Shown: positions 14,301 to 26,179 of the stretch, piece after piece
Layout: every line of letters starts with the position of its first letter
Numbering within the stretch: the first letter of the stretch is position 1
DNA from: Selaginella moellendorffii
Taxonomy: Eukaryota; Plantae; Lycopodiophyta
Direction: 5' to 3'
Assembly: GCF_000143415.4 (NCBI RefSeq)
Contig: NW_003314315.1
Location: 1,053,514-1,117,513 of the forward strand
DNA length: 64,000 bases
Notes under the pieces: model-generated
What the model saw: the letters and a program-made list of their open reading frames with translations, nothing else
What the model was told of the DNA's origin: nothing
The model's database searches: none
Position numbers and translations under genes: made by a program

Positions 14301-14722
14301 CTTCCCCACTCTCTAATATGGGAAGGCCTTCTCACACGCTTGGTTGACAACGATGATGGATTTGTCGAGTTTTCACCTTGCTGCCTTCTTTCGAGTATGG
14401 CAGTGGACACAAAAGGCACTGGGCAGAAGTGAAAAGTGTGTGACTTCTTTATTTACAAATTAACTCTATTCTATTTTTTTTTTCAGATATATTCCTAGAA
14501 CTACCATGCTCTATACCACATTGGGAACCGGTGTAATGCCACACGAGCTAACGAGCATGCTGCTCTTGCTTTACCAGGATACGACAGCTCTACAGACATC
14601 ATCCCAAATGTGATTGACTCGGACATTCTTCACCCAATGTTCCTTGGTTATCGATATCATTCAGTCACGGCCATGCTGATCTTGTTAGAGTTATTCTATC
14701 CACCAAAGGGGATTGTGCTATG
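11309..14722 (+). pseudogene. Spliced ParB-like domain / beta-class DNA amino-methyltransferase fusion pseudogene
   Basis: Gly/Ala-rich N-terminus, then KLFWVIDGNHK (12143-12175; ParB/Srx DGxHR motif), then LIFFDLPDG (DLPDG at 14169-14183; motif IV-like), then LELFYPPKGIVL (motif X/I lead-in). Candidate short GT..AG introns; in-frame stops. Confidence 0.72.
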
Positions 14723-15439
14723 GATATTGAAGCATAAGAAGATTGAATATATTCTGATTTTAAATTAATTATGTTGTTTAATATATTATTTTATTTCTTT
14801 GTAGAATAAAAGATTAGTTCGTGTTAAACCAATAATCTACATGAGCTTATAGAATACCTTAAACACCTAGATTTTATGTTAAAAATTCTTGGTTCAGGAC
14901 AAACTAAGGTAGTGCTATTAAACTTTCACTAGTTAGAGGATTGTATTGACCTCCCATGATTGTTTCTCTTAGCTTCCTAGAGTGCTTCTGCAATCATCGT
15001 TTACATAGCCGGCCTACATATTCTTCCATTTTCAAGCTTCATCTTTATCACAGTCATTTTGGGCAACTTTGAGCAACTTCTAAATGAGGCTAAGGGTTCT
15101 AGGCCATTTATTTTGACCAAGGATTCTTCTTTTTGTGCCTTAGAAAAGTCTACAATCTTACTGCTCTTGTCAATCCAATTGCCTTAACCGGGCATTTGCA
15201 GCATTTAGGATATTTGATGCCAGTACAAACTAGATGTGTAGCAAATTAGTGCCCTTTCAAAGTATCTCAAGGCCCTAGGTATAGAGTAAACTTTCTAGCA
15301 TCCAAAGGCAACTTAGGTACGACATAACACCTTCTTGAGCCAAGTCTTCTTCATCCTCGGTAGATTCTAATGACTTAGATCTACAAGCTATGGCACAACC
15401 ACATTTAACTTGACCCAAGTTCCATGTTTTGCAGAAGGG

Positions 15440-15915
15440 GAGTGATCTGCTGACATTCTCAAGTGTTGGAACAGTCTCTCTAGCGTCGCATATCAGTCGC
15501 TTTGATTACTATTGCACTACAAACATGATTGTCGATGATGATTGTATGTGCTACGACTTCTTGCAGTCTCTCAAAGGCAAAACAACAACTTGGGCAGATT
15601 CTCTTCTCCAAAAGAACTAGATAGACTTCCAGACGCTGCTTGCTTCTTTCAAAGAAAAACTCACAAATTGATTACTTGTAGATCTCTTTTCCTTTTGGCA
15701 AGGTGATCATGAGTCTATTCTTGACTACATCACCAGGTTTCAAGTGTACTAGGAGTAGTGTTATGATCGCAAAGTGGTCCAAGATGAGCAGCAGCAGATC
15801 ATAGGATTCACAATGGCTCTGCATGGGAACTTATAGTAGAAACTTCTTAAGAAGACATTCAGGTTTTGCCGCAAGGCATTTTTATTTGCCATGAAGCTGG
15901 AAAGAGAGCTATTTG
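15440..15915 (+). pseudogene. Retrotransposon gag remnant
   Basis: FLQSLKGKTTTWADSL...FQTLLASFKEK...WQGDHESILDYITRF matches the Retrotrans_gag pattern; several stops. Confidence 0.75.
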
Positions 15916-15944
15916 TTGACACAGGGATTGCTAGAGTTAATTTT

Positions 15945-16230
15945 GATTATGCTTGATGCTACAGTAGGTTTTCGTTCGATGGTGCTAGTGGCTAAAGAGA
16001 TTGGCTGTGCAATTTTTGCACTGGAGAAGTAGAGTGCATTTGAAGGTGTTCTTGGGACATTTCATAACAGGTGATAATAAAGTAAACATTTCTCATTATA
16101 GTAATTCCATCATGGTTGTGTATATTAGGTGGATTGATGATCTGGGCTATAATTTGCCATGTTATGTAGAAGCATTGGCACAAACTCATATGCAACAAGA
16201 GCCCACAGTTAGAGAGCATAATATTATATG
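15945..16230 (+). pseudogene. Diverged third fragment of the methyltransferase C-terminus (SAM-binding motif I)
   Basis: Translates IMLDATVGFRSMVLVAKEIGCAIFALEK*; homologous to the reverse complement of 20420-20755. Confidence 0.7.
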
Positions 16231-19200
16231 AACTCCTTTTGTGGATGTGGATGCCGAGGAAGACTAAATTTAGTTTTTTTTTAGTCGATTTTTTTAGTGG
16301 TAATATAGAGTTCCTTCTTTGACTTATGATATATTTTTTTTATTAGACTTATATTATTTAGCTTTTTCTTAGACTGAAAATATGTTTTAAGTTTTGAATA
16401 GAATTGTTGATTTGTCCTGAACCAATCATTTAAATAACAACTTTTGTATTTGGTGGACTATATTGACTTTCATTGACTTGATCTTAGCTCAAAAACTACG
16501 CAGCCCCAGTTGAAGGAGATCATTCTTCAACAACAGTCATACCATGATAAGTTGCTCCAGAAGCTTGTGGAGTCTAGGAAAGAGGCTGTTGCAACTCAGA
16601 AATGCTGATTCAAGTCCCGTTAGTGCACTCACTACGAGACAAACACACATAACACATAGTGCTGCTTCAAGCTTCACCCAGATCTTCTGCCTCCACCTTC
16701 TCAACATGTCTAACACGTTAAACCCTAAACCCTAAATTGTCTTGCACCAACGGGACTTGAATCAGCATTCCTAAGCTGAAACAGCCTCTTTCCTAGACTC
16801 CACAAGCTCCTAGAGCAACTTGTCAGAGTATGAGTGTTGGTAAAGAATGATCTCCTTCAGAGAGATGTGGTGTGCTGACAAGTCCACACCATCCTGTGGT
16901 CCAGAGACATACCAGGAGTAGTTGGAACAACAAGCAATCAAGGCAGCCCCTTTGTCAAGCAAAGGCAAAGCACCAGCCTCATTGGTCAACATGATTTTGG
17001 TAGCCAAGGAACTCTATAGACAATAGCAGCAAACTGTAGCCACTCGAGCCCAAGTGAAGGAGAAGGTAGCTGCTTAGCCTATCATGGATCCCCTGGAATT
17101 AGTTGAGAGTGAATCTCTTTCGGCACCAAATCTAGTGATACAGAGGATGGCTTATAAACTCCCCTTCAAGTCACTACTCTTCTCTCCTTCTGAGATTTCA
17201 CCAATAGTTATTCATGTTTCAGAGCCAATTCTTTGGAAGCTGGTTGGCACTCTTGTCACTTTTTCGCTCCGAGACATGTTGTGCCTTGTCCCTGGATTTA
17301 GCTAGTGTTTGGAGGAGTTTGCATGGTCAGGAACACCACAAAGCACTCTCAACAGGACTCTCAAAAGGTGCACATCGTTGACATGACAAAATATAGTGGA
17401 GATCCTAGTCCATTTTTTGTCCCGGTGCACGTTAAACCCTAAACCCTTAATTGTGTTGCAGTGAGTGCACCAACGGGACTTGAATCAGCATTCCTGAGCT
17501 GCAACAGCCTCTTTACTCCACAAGCTCTTGAAGCAACTTGTCATAGTATGACCGTTGGTAAAGAATGATCTCCTTCAGAGAGATATGGTGTGCTGACAAG
17601 TCCACACCATCCCGTGGTCCAGAGACATACCAGGAGCAACTTCCTTGCTCCTGGTATACCTCCTTGCCCTTCTGGGGCAAGGGTTTTATAAAAGGAAGAT
17701 GAGGAATATTTTGGGAATCAAAATATTCTCTCCACACTCACACTCTCTAAATGGCCATGTCCTAACACATGACCATGGTGGATTCGCATTGACTCTAGAT
17801 GTGTGAGAACCCTCTGAAGAGTGTCAAGTGTACCTCTGCTACTGATGCTAAGTGCTAGTAACTGTGTGAAATAGTAGAAACTTGAGAAAAGAAAGTGGAA
17901 AAAGATAAAGAAGGGGTAGGTGTGAAGTTTGAAGACAAGGAGGAAAACCTGATAGGAAACCCTATAGGCAAACTAGACCCTAATGTAAAAGAAAAGTACA
18001 CAAGTGTGAAAAGTGAAGAAAAATAAAAATAAAAAGAATGAATACCCAAAGAACTTAATCCGTACTTAGATTTCAGATAAGGAAAGTGTAATATGCAAAT
18101 GGAACCTCGTGATGACTTCAAATATGCTCCAAGAATTGGTTGAAATCAAGAAAGAGAGGTACAAGAAGGGATGTATTGCTCAATGGTGGTAAGTGTAGAA
18201 ATGATGAAAGATGGAATAATATGGTGGAGTGCTGAGATGGTGGTGGTGTTCTGAGAAGGTGGTCATCTCTACAAGTGGTAGGCCTATGGTCTAATATGTT
18301 GGACTAAAGAAATTCATAGCAGAAAAGGACAGCATAGTTGCTAGATTGCCAGTAAAGAAAGGTGGCATATATCCACTGAGTGCTAGAGTAGGAGAAAGTG
18401 GTTTTAGCTTCTGTGGAGTTGCCTAAAGATCCATCTAGACGCCTTAAGTGAATAAGTTCACCTGGTTGGAAGAAAGTTACTCTAAAAAAGTTAGCATATC
18501 GTTGGCAAATGGTTGTAATAATATCTCAAAAACAGCAGTGGGAAGATGCTCACTGTGTGACACCTCAAATAGTGGCTGAAAAGAATTGAATTTGGCTGCA
18601 TCCTATGCAAGATGGACCTAGTCTGAACTGACTGTATCATCAAGCTCCATGAGAGAAAGCTGGTCCCATGCAAGAAACAAGTCAAGAAGCCCTTCCTCCA
18701 TCAGGAAACACTCCACAAAGCTAGATATGGAAGTTGGCACCTCATAATCCCCACCATCAAATAAAGAGGGCATGGCTAGAGGCTCAGCCTTAGTCTCAAA
18801 TAAAGAGAGTGAGGCTGAGAGATATTCAGAGCCATCTAATTCACCTCTAACAATGTCAATTGCATTGCATGAGAAAGCATCTATCACATAAATGGTTGAC
18901 TCCACCACAACCTTGGGGAAAATCTCTGTGAGCTCAAGAAGAAAGTGTGGTGTGGAGACCATCTTAGCCCGATCCTTCTGGGCATGCTGAGAAAAAGCTC
19001 TACCATGGTTGTTGAGAAAGGTGGTGCTATGGATTCTGTCGCTAATTTCCATCTTGCCTTCTGCGTTGTTGATGGTGTTGGAGGAAGGAGGGCCCCCTCA
19101 CATGACGCTCACTCAAACACAAGAAATGCTCCAATGCTCTTCACAAATGCCCCCTTTTGCCCTTGTGGGGCAAAGGTTTTATACAAGGGAGATGGTTAAT

Positions 19201-19369
19201 ATTCTAGGAATCAGAACATTCCCTCTCACTGGTGTGGCCATTTAGAGAGTGTGAGAGTGAGAGAGGGAATATTCTTCCTAGCAGGGCAACGGGATGCATT
19301 TGTGAAGAGCATTGGAGCATTTCTTGTGTTTGAGCAAGCATTGCAGGAAGCACCCCTCCTTCCCCCAAC

Positions 19370-20102
19370 AATAGTGCAATGGGCTGTGACTTGCCACGAG
19401 CAGCTGAGGATGATAGATTCCCTCAAAGAAGATGTTCCAAGATGCTGGTAGTTGACCATGAGGAAATCTACCTCGAAAATAACACCTTGCACTAAGACCT
19501 TGACACCACAACAAGTGCCTACTGGAAGAACAATGTGATTGGTGAAGGCTTTGAGCACAATGGAGGAGCTCCTAGTGATCTATAGCTGTGCTGAGACAAT
19601 AGTTTCAAGAGAGATAATGTTGCTCCCAAAACTAGAGTCAACCAAAGCATCCATCTTGCAAAAGGATGTACCAATTTGCACCGGGACAAAAAACAGACTA
19701 GGATCTCCACTATATCTTGTCATATCAATGATGTGCACCTTTTGAGAGTCTTGTTGAGAGTGCTCTATGGTGTTCCTGACCATGCAAACTCCTCCAAACA
19801 CTAGTTGAATCCAGGGACAAGGCACAACATGTCTCGGAGTGAAAAAGTGACGGGAGTGCCAACCAGCTTCTAAAGAATTGGCTCTGAAATATGAATAACT
19901 ATTGGTGAAATCTTAGAAAGAGAGAAGAGTAGTGACTTGAAGGGGAGCTTATAAACCATCCTCTGTATCACTAGATTTGGTGCCGAAAGAGATTCACTCT
20001 CAACTGATGCCAGGGGATTCATGATAGGCTAAGCGGCTACCTTCTTCATCACTTGGGCTCAAGTGGCTACAATTTGTTGCTATTGTCTATAGAGTTCCTT
20101 GG
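19370..20102 (-). pseudogene. Retrotransposon aspartic protease remnant and upstream sequence
   Basis: PSLFFVPVQIG...MDALVDSSFGSNIIS (decayed D-S-G) followed by VLVQGVIFEVDFLMV...IILS; 19675-20102 is duplicated in inverted orientation at about 17005-17430. Confidence 0.65.
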
Positions 20103-20419
20103 GGGGCTGGGTAGTTTTTGAACTGAGCTTAAGTCAATGAAAGTCAAAAAAGTCAAAGGAAGTCAATACAATCCCCTAACTAGCGAAAGTTTAATAGCAC
20201 TACCTTAGTTCGTCTCGAATCAAGAATTTTTAACATAACATCTAGGTGTTTAAGGTATTCCATAAGCTCATGTAGATTGTTGGTTCGACATGAACTAATC
20301 TTTTAGTCTACAAAAAAAGAAAATAATATATTAAACAATATAATTTATATTAAAATCAGAATATATTCAATCTTCTTCTACTTCCATATCTAGAAAAGTA
20401 GAAATGGGTATAGTGGAAT

Positions 20420-22721
20420 GCTCCTTCATTATAGGCTCGTGTTGTATGTAACGTTGTGCCATACATTCAGTATAAATAGGTAAGTGGAATTGACTTCAGT
20501 CCATATGATCATCCATATCATCAAGATCAAGCGTGTGGATTGAAACACTGTGTGTGATAAGTGTAGACTTAATAAAATAGAAACATTTGAGAATAAATAT
20601 TATAGATTATTTCAAGCACTAACATGACCTGTCGCAAAATCTCCTAAGAATGTCCTCAAAGGCACCCTCCTTCTCAAGTGCAAAAACAGCTCAGTCTATC
20701 TCTTTTGCTGCCTGCACCATTGATCCAAATCCTGCTGTAGCATCAAGCACAATCCCCTTTGGCGGATAGAATAACTCCAACAAGATTTGGCCGTGACTGA
20801 ATGATGTCGATAACCAGGGAACGTTGGGTGAAGAACGTCTGAGTCAATCACATTTGGGATGATGTCTATAGAGCTGTCATATCCTGGTAAAGCAAGAGCA
20901 ACACCCTTGTCATCTCATGTGGCATTATGCCGATTCCCAATGTGGCATAGAGCATGGTAGTTCCAAGAATAAATCTGGAAAACATCTGACACCAGATAGG
21001 TAGATCTAATGTCATCTGCCACCACCCTGCAGTGGTGGCAGCCCATCGGGAAGATCGAAAAAGATGAAATCGATCTTCCCATAAGGTGTGAGCTAACCCA
21101 AACCATGGATCCACCAATCAAGCATGTAGAGCTCCAGACTAGTAGCATCTAAAACCTGTGTGTTGGTGTTATTGAGGCTGTTGGTACTGGTGCTCCTGAA
21201 ACTACGGGTACTAGTGGTGGGGTACTTGCATTTGATGTTGGCGGTGGTGGGGGTGCTGTGCCTTCGATTGCTGAGGCTGCTCGCGGCGAGGTAAATGAAC
21301 CATTTGAGGACGTTATTGGTAGCATTGTAGGTGGATCTACTACAGAGGCTACTGGGGCATGGTAGCTGCTCCTACTACTCCTCAGGCTGGTGGTGCAGGG
21401 GGAGCTAGTGGTAGTGAGGGATTATGCATGCATGATTCTGACTAGAGGCAAGAAGCTTGGGATGTATGAGCTAGAGTTCCATTGTCCTTGTACACATGAG
21501 AGGGAGTTATGCTCGTGGTACTTTGAACTCGTGGAGCAGATGCCGACATCAGACTTCGAGCTAGATCTCTACCTTGAATCCCAACACTGGCCATTGGGGA
21601 TAGAGGGCGAACCTGAAAATCAATTATTAGAACTAAAAGTTGGAGATAAAATTCATGCTTATTAACCTGTTTATGCATCACTGCAGAGGAGAGCTCTTCT
21701 AGGTTGTCATCTATAGCCATAGAGAGGGATGGGAAGAATGTCTTAGTCTGGCGAAAAAACTGATGGCTGCTCTTTGCAACATCTATAAAAAAAAAGTGAA
21801 GTCAAGAATGAATAAAAGAATGTTCCAAATCAAAGTCCTTACTTTCATGAAAGGCTTCATGATGGCCCCTTCAGGGGTTGCGAGGAGCAAGTACTAGAAT
21901 CTCTTGTGCTGGAATTTCCTGTACAATTTCCTTTGGTTCAACGGTATTTGGATTTGGCATCTTTTGAATGGTTTCCTGAGTGTGGACTCCTAGGTTTAGT
22001 TGTTGAACTTCAACAACGTCGTTATCACGGTCAGAAAGAGCCTTTGGAAAATAAGAATATAACTCAAGGTTAATATTTCCTAGCTAAGTGCTGAGTTTCA
22101 AAGTGAACCTGGATGACATTCAAGGTAGAGATCTAGCTCAAAGTCTGATGTCGGCATCTGTTCCACGAGTTCAAGGTACCACGGGCATAACTCCCTCTCA
22201 TGTGTACAAGGACAATAGAACTCTAGCTCATACATCCCAAGCTTCTTGCCTCTAGTCAGAATCATGCATGCATAATCCCTCACTACCACTAGCTCCCCCT
22301 GCACCACCAGCCTGAGGAGTAGTAGGAGCAGCTACCATGCCCCAGTAGCCTCTGTAGTAGATCCACCTACAACGCTACCAATAACGTCCTTAAATGGTTC
22401 ATCTACCTCGCCGCGAGCAGCCTCAGCAATCGAAGGCACAACACCCCCACCACCGCCAACATCAAATGCAAGTACCCCACCACTAATACCCGTAGCTTCA
22501 GGAGCACCAGTACCAACAGCCTCAATAACACCAACATCAATTTGAGTGTTCATCTCAACATCCACGTCATTGTTATGCTCATTGTTGCCTCCAGCATGAC
22601 TAGCCGAAACTTCATTGGATACTTGAGATGAATATCCACTCAATCGGCCAAGCCCACAACGATCAAGGTGGCTGCCTTTTCCTAGAGATCGAGACCATTG
22701 AGGCTGGCCTCGGCGCTTCCT
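20420..22721 (-). pseudogene. Second copy of the methyltransferase gene (internal deletion removes the ParB exon)
   Basis: GKIDFIFFDLPDG at 21080-21042; LLELFYPPKGIVLDATAGFGSMVQAAKEID*AVFALEKE with VLDATAGFG at 20750-20724. A deletion joins the equivalents of ~11774 and ~13354 at a CTGAC microhomology. Confidence 0.75.
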
Positions 22722-22930
22722 CTAAAATAAAAAGTAAAACTATTATAACATCTAACTTGTAATGTAAAGCAAACCTGTGGCATTTTAAGTTCAAGTCCCT
22801 TGTTAGAAGTTTCAAGTAGTCAAGCTTGATTTATATCTGCTCTCACAAGAAAAGTTTGTAAGTAAAAGATGTGAAAAATAGATTGTAAACTACAAGAAAT
22901 GCAAAGGAAAAAAACACAAGTCACTGGGAG

Positions 22931-23449
22931 AGGTTGGTTCGCGCAAGAACTGACCTCACCCTACCTCTCAAGAAAAAGGAAAAACACAACAAGAATACAA
23001 GAGAAGTCGGTTCGCGCAAGAACCGACATCTTCTACCCTTTAATTTTCACATAAAATGCCCCATCAAGTCAATGAAATAAAAAAAAAGCCTTGAAGATGT
23101 CGGTTCGCACAAGAACCAACATTTCAATCTCTCTATGTTTTCTAAAATATAGAGATCTCACCACTAGAAACATGAAAAAAATCAAGAAAGCTCGCTTCTA
23201 GAAAAAATGAAAGTTGGGAGATGTCAGTTTGCGTGCGAACCGATCTTTCCCACCCCTTCAACAAGGAAAAAAAATTTTAAAAATGAGGTAGAGATGGGCA
23301 AAAAGCTAAACAGAAAATGAAATAGAATGCTAGGAGATGTCGGTTCGCACAAGAACCGACATCTCTATCCCTCAAGAGAAAACAAAAGTCGAAAAAGGAG
23401 CATGGAAGAAAGACAGTGAGGAGACATCGGTTCATGCGCGAACCAACCT
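22931..23449. repeat. Array of six 26-bp palindromes (second copy)
   Basis: Copies at 22931, 23004, 23097, 23221, 23337, 23424; best copy GAGATGTCGGTTC-GCACAA-GAACCGACATCTC has perfect 13-bp arms (23334-23365). Confidence 0.88.
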
Positions 23450-23988
23450 TCTCAAGGAAGCATACCTTGTTTGAAGAGTGTCTTGAAGCATATTGCTTGA
23501 TTGAAGCGCCTTTCTTTCACCCTTCCCTGCTCAAACATGCATTCTCTCGCCCTTTGCTGCTCAAACCCTAGGTGTAAAACCCTAAAAATCAACGGACGCG
23601 ATCAATAGTCACGAAAAAACCATGCATGAACCAACCTTTCTGAGCTTGAGTCTCTCTCACTTGTCACAAAAAAATGAAACTCTCTTGAAGGGAAGAAAGT
23701 ATGGAGATGAGAGGGAGAATAAATAATCAATGCTACAACTTTTGTGATTGACTAGCGCTTTCCACTCATAACCACATTCATTTCAACAATATTATTCCTC
23801 TCACAATCAATTATACAATTACTATGGGTGGCTCTTTAAAATTCTCATATCTCTCTAGATTCTAAAAGGTTGTATATTTTGTTAAAATAATTAACTTGTC
23901 CTTTGCAAGGACATAGCTAATTAATGCTCACAATACAGAAGAATATCTTTGTTCTTTTTTGTTAGTTTCTCCCCAAATTTTTTTCTAA

Positions 23989-25985
23989 GTGCTCGAGGAA
24001 GGAGAAGATATGAGAGAATTCTATTTGAAGTTCAATCAAGAGCCTCCAATTGTTTTCTCTAATAGTGTTATAGGAGAGAGCTTCCTCTGTAGAAGATTCA
24101 AGCTAAAGCTAGAATTAGTTAGTTTGGAGAATGTATGTCGTGATAAGGGTAATCAAATAGAAAAATCCATTCTTCTCGACAGTGGTGTGGGAGAGAATGG
24201 GATTCAATGGGATCTTGATAGATGTACAGGTCAAGAGATTCTAATTACAAGATCTTCGAAGTGAGGAGAGGAAAGTGCATCAGTTTCATAACTAATTGTG
24301 CAAGGAGTGAAGGATGAAGTTGTTATTCTCTCCAGTGACAAAAATGAAGAAGATGAGCTTCCCAATATAGCTTCCCAGACAAGTAGGTGTGTTCCTTCTG
24401 GACTAGTTTTTGAAGTGGTGGATAAAGCATTTCAGCAATCTTAATCATTACGGTTGGAATTGAAGGAGTTCCAGTACATAAGAGGTGAGGAGCTTCCTTC
24501 TTCCTATAATGGGAATATATTCTTTGAGTTTCCACCAGCAAGTTTGTCAAGTAGGAAAAGGGGTATGGAGACATGTCTTGATCCACATAATTGGTGCAGA
24601 GAAAAGACGACCCACTTCTCTCATTTCGATGGATCTGTGTCCATAGTCCATTGTGGTGGACAACTTTAGTGTGTCCCTGAGAAATGCATTTCTGATCGTG
24701 GCAAGAATATGTGTTTCTTTGAAGGCTCAGCAATCAATCCTCCTAGGCGTGATGAAGTTGCTACAGGATTGAGATGTCACAAATGCAGGGCAATACCTGT
24801 GTGTCAAGCATGTTGCAATGTAAAAATGTATTATTTTCTTCCACGGGATGGATGTTTAGGTAGAGTAGCAGTGCATGTTAGATACCACCAACATGCAATC
24901 GAGGAAGGAATCCACCGTGATTCTTTTTGCAATTTGAAGATTGCTGTTACTACAGAGGCTGGGAAGAAAAGTGCAGCAACTCCAAAGTGTGTTCAATAGT
25001 TTGTATTAAAGGACTATGTGGTGGACATATTGCTACAATCTGATAGCAAAAAAAAGTTCACGGTGAATAGCTTGAAGGACCTACTTCGAAATATAGAACC
25101 TATGACAAATTTAAATAGGTATAAAATTAACACCTAACTCTACTTTATCACTAATAACACTCTTTCTTTTGGTAGAATAAAGAACTGGATGCGAGAAGGG
25201 TGAGATGGAAAGCTTCAATCTGGATTGGATGGGATTTTGGAGCTAAAGAGAAAATGTCCTTATTGTAAGCAATTAAAGAGAACAACTTGAGAGATGGTTC
25301 ATGGGGTTCAAATATAGAGGGAAAGGGCCCATGAACAAGAGTGCACCCCCTTTTCCAATCGGTTGGTTAAAGGTCTTGGGATACTTGGGGTTAAGCGTCC
25401 TTGGGTTTGAATAGTACTGGGCTGGGTGACCTCCCAAGAAGTCTAAATTCAGGAGCGTTTACATTTGGTATCGGAGCGGTCTTGGGTCCGACTCTATTGG
25501 TTGGCTAAGGGAATCACACTACATGTTGATTGACATCTAGTTGGTCCAGTTTGCTCCCGCTGGGCTCGACCCGAGGGGTAGGGTGTCAAGAGAGCGGGGC
25601 TCTCAAGAGAGCTGTGGTTCTCAACTTCCATTCACGAGGGCGTGAACTTGTAGGGAAGCGTGGTGGATTGTAAGCAACCAAAGAGAACAAGAGTGCACCC
25701 TTTTTTCTAATCGGTTAAGGGTCTTGGGATACTTGGGGTTAAGTGTCCTTGGGTTTGAATAGTACTGGGCTGGGTGACCTCTCGGGAAGTCCAAATTCAA
25801 GAGCTTACACCTATAAGTTTATTCATGGGAGCTTATTCGTTGGCCAAGTGACTTCAAACAATCAACACCCTTTCATCTTTAAGATGTCTACCCTTGGTCC
25901 TGCTTCTAGTGTGGACTTTGTACAATGGATGGATATAGGGATTTGGCTAATTCCTGGAGGAGCTCATGTTTATGATCACAAGTGT
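23989..25985 (+). pseudogene. Transposase-like pseudogene (Cys/His zinc-binding WRKY/GCM-like domain plus start of a MULE-like catalytic domain), split by a TRIM
   Basis: HNWCREKTT..HCGGQL, RCHKCRAIPVCQACCNVKMYYF..RVAVHVRYHQH. Candidate intron ~25120-25175. ELKRKCPY|KFIHG rejoins across the TRIM, followed by PFIFKMSTLGPASSVDFVQWM..DLANSW..AHVYD. Family assignment is from recalled motif similarity. Confidence 0.6.
25264..25809 (+). mobile_element. Cassandra-type TRIM, second full copy
   Basis: LTRs 25264-25463 and 25669-25809 (second has an internal deletion between GAACAA repeats); intact PBS TGGTATCGGAGC at 25466-25477; TSD CTTAT/CCTAT; 5S boxes present. Confidence 0.9.
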
Positions 25986-26179
25986 TAGTTGGAGTAGTAC
26001 GTACCCATATCCTCGTGTTAGGCCACCAGTATGCTGAAATAGTACAATGGATGGATATAGGGATTTGGCTAATTCCTGGAGGAGCTCATGTTTATGATCA
26101 CAAGTGTTAGTTGGAGTAGTACGTACCTATATCCTCGTGTTAGGCCACCAGTATGCTGAAATAGTGCCAGCACAAACTA

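Larger units (their letters stand above)
10405..16507 (+). mobile_element. Partial, rearranged copy of a large DNA transposon (ParB-methyltransferase arm)
   Basis: Inverted homology to 20103-23612; ends ...AAAAACTACGCAGCCCC (16507), matching the reverse complement of the terminus GGGGCTGGGTAGTTTTTG at 20103. Confidence 0.7.
20103..25985. mobile_element. Large DNA transposon: ParB-methyltransferase gene (minus) divergent from MULE-like transposase (plus); right end lost
   Basis: Sharp junction with retro sequence at 20102/20103 (GGGGCTGGGTAG terminus), two divergent coding remnants, palindrome array between them. Confidence 0.68.

Noticed and set aside
16718-16737. Interstitial telomere (also 17432-17449)
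   Set aside because: Only about two AAACCCT units; consistent with common telo-box motifs.
22931-23449. CRISPR array
   Set aside because: Eukaryotic context, no cas genes, degenerate repeats and irregular 47-98 bp spacers; reported as a palindrome array instead.
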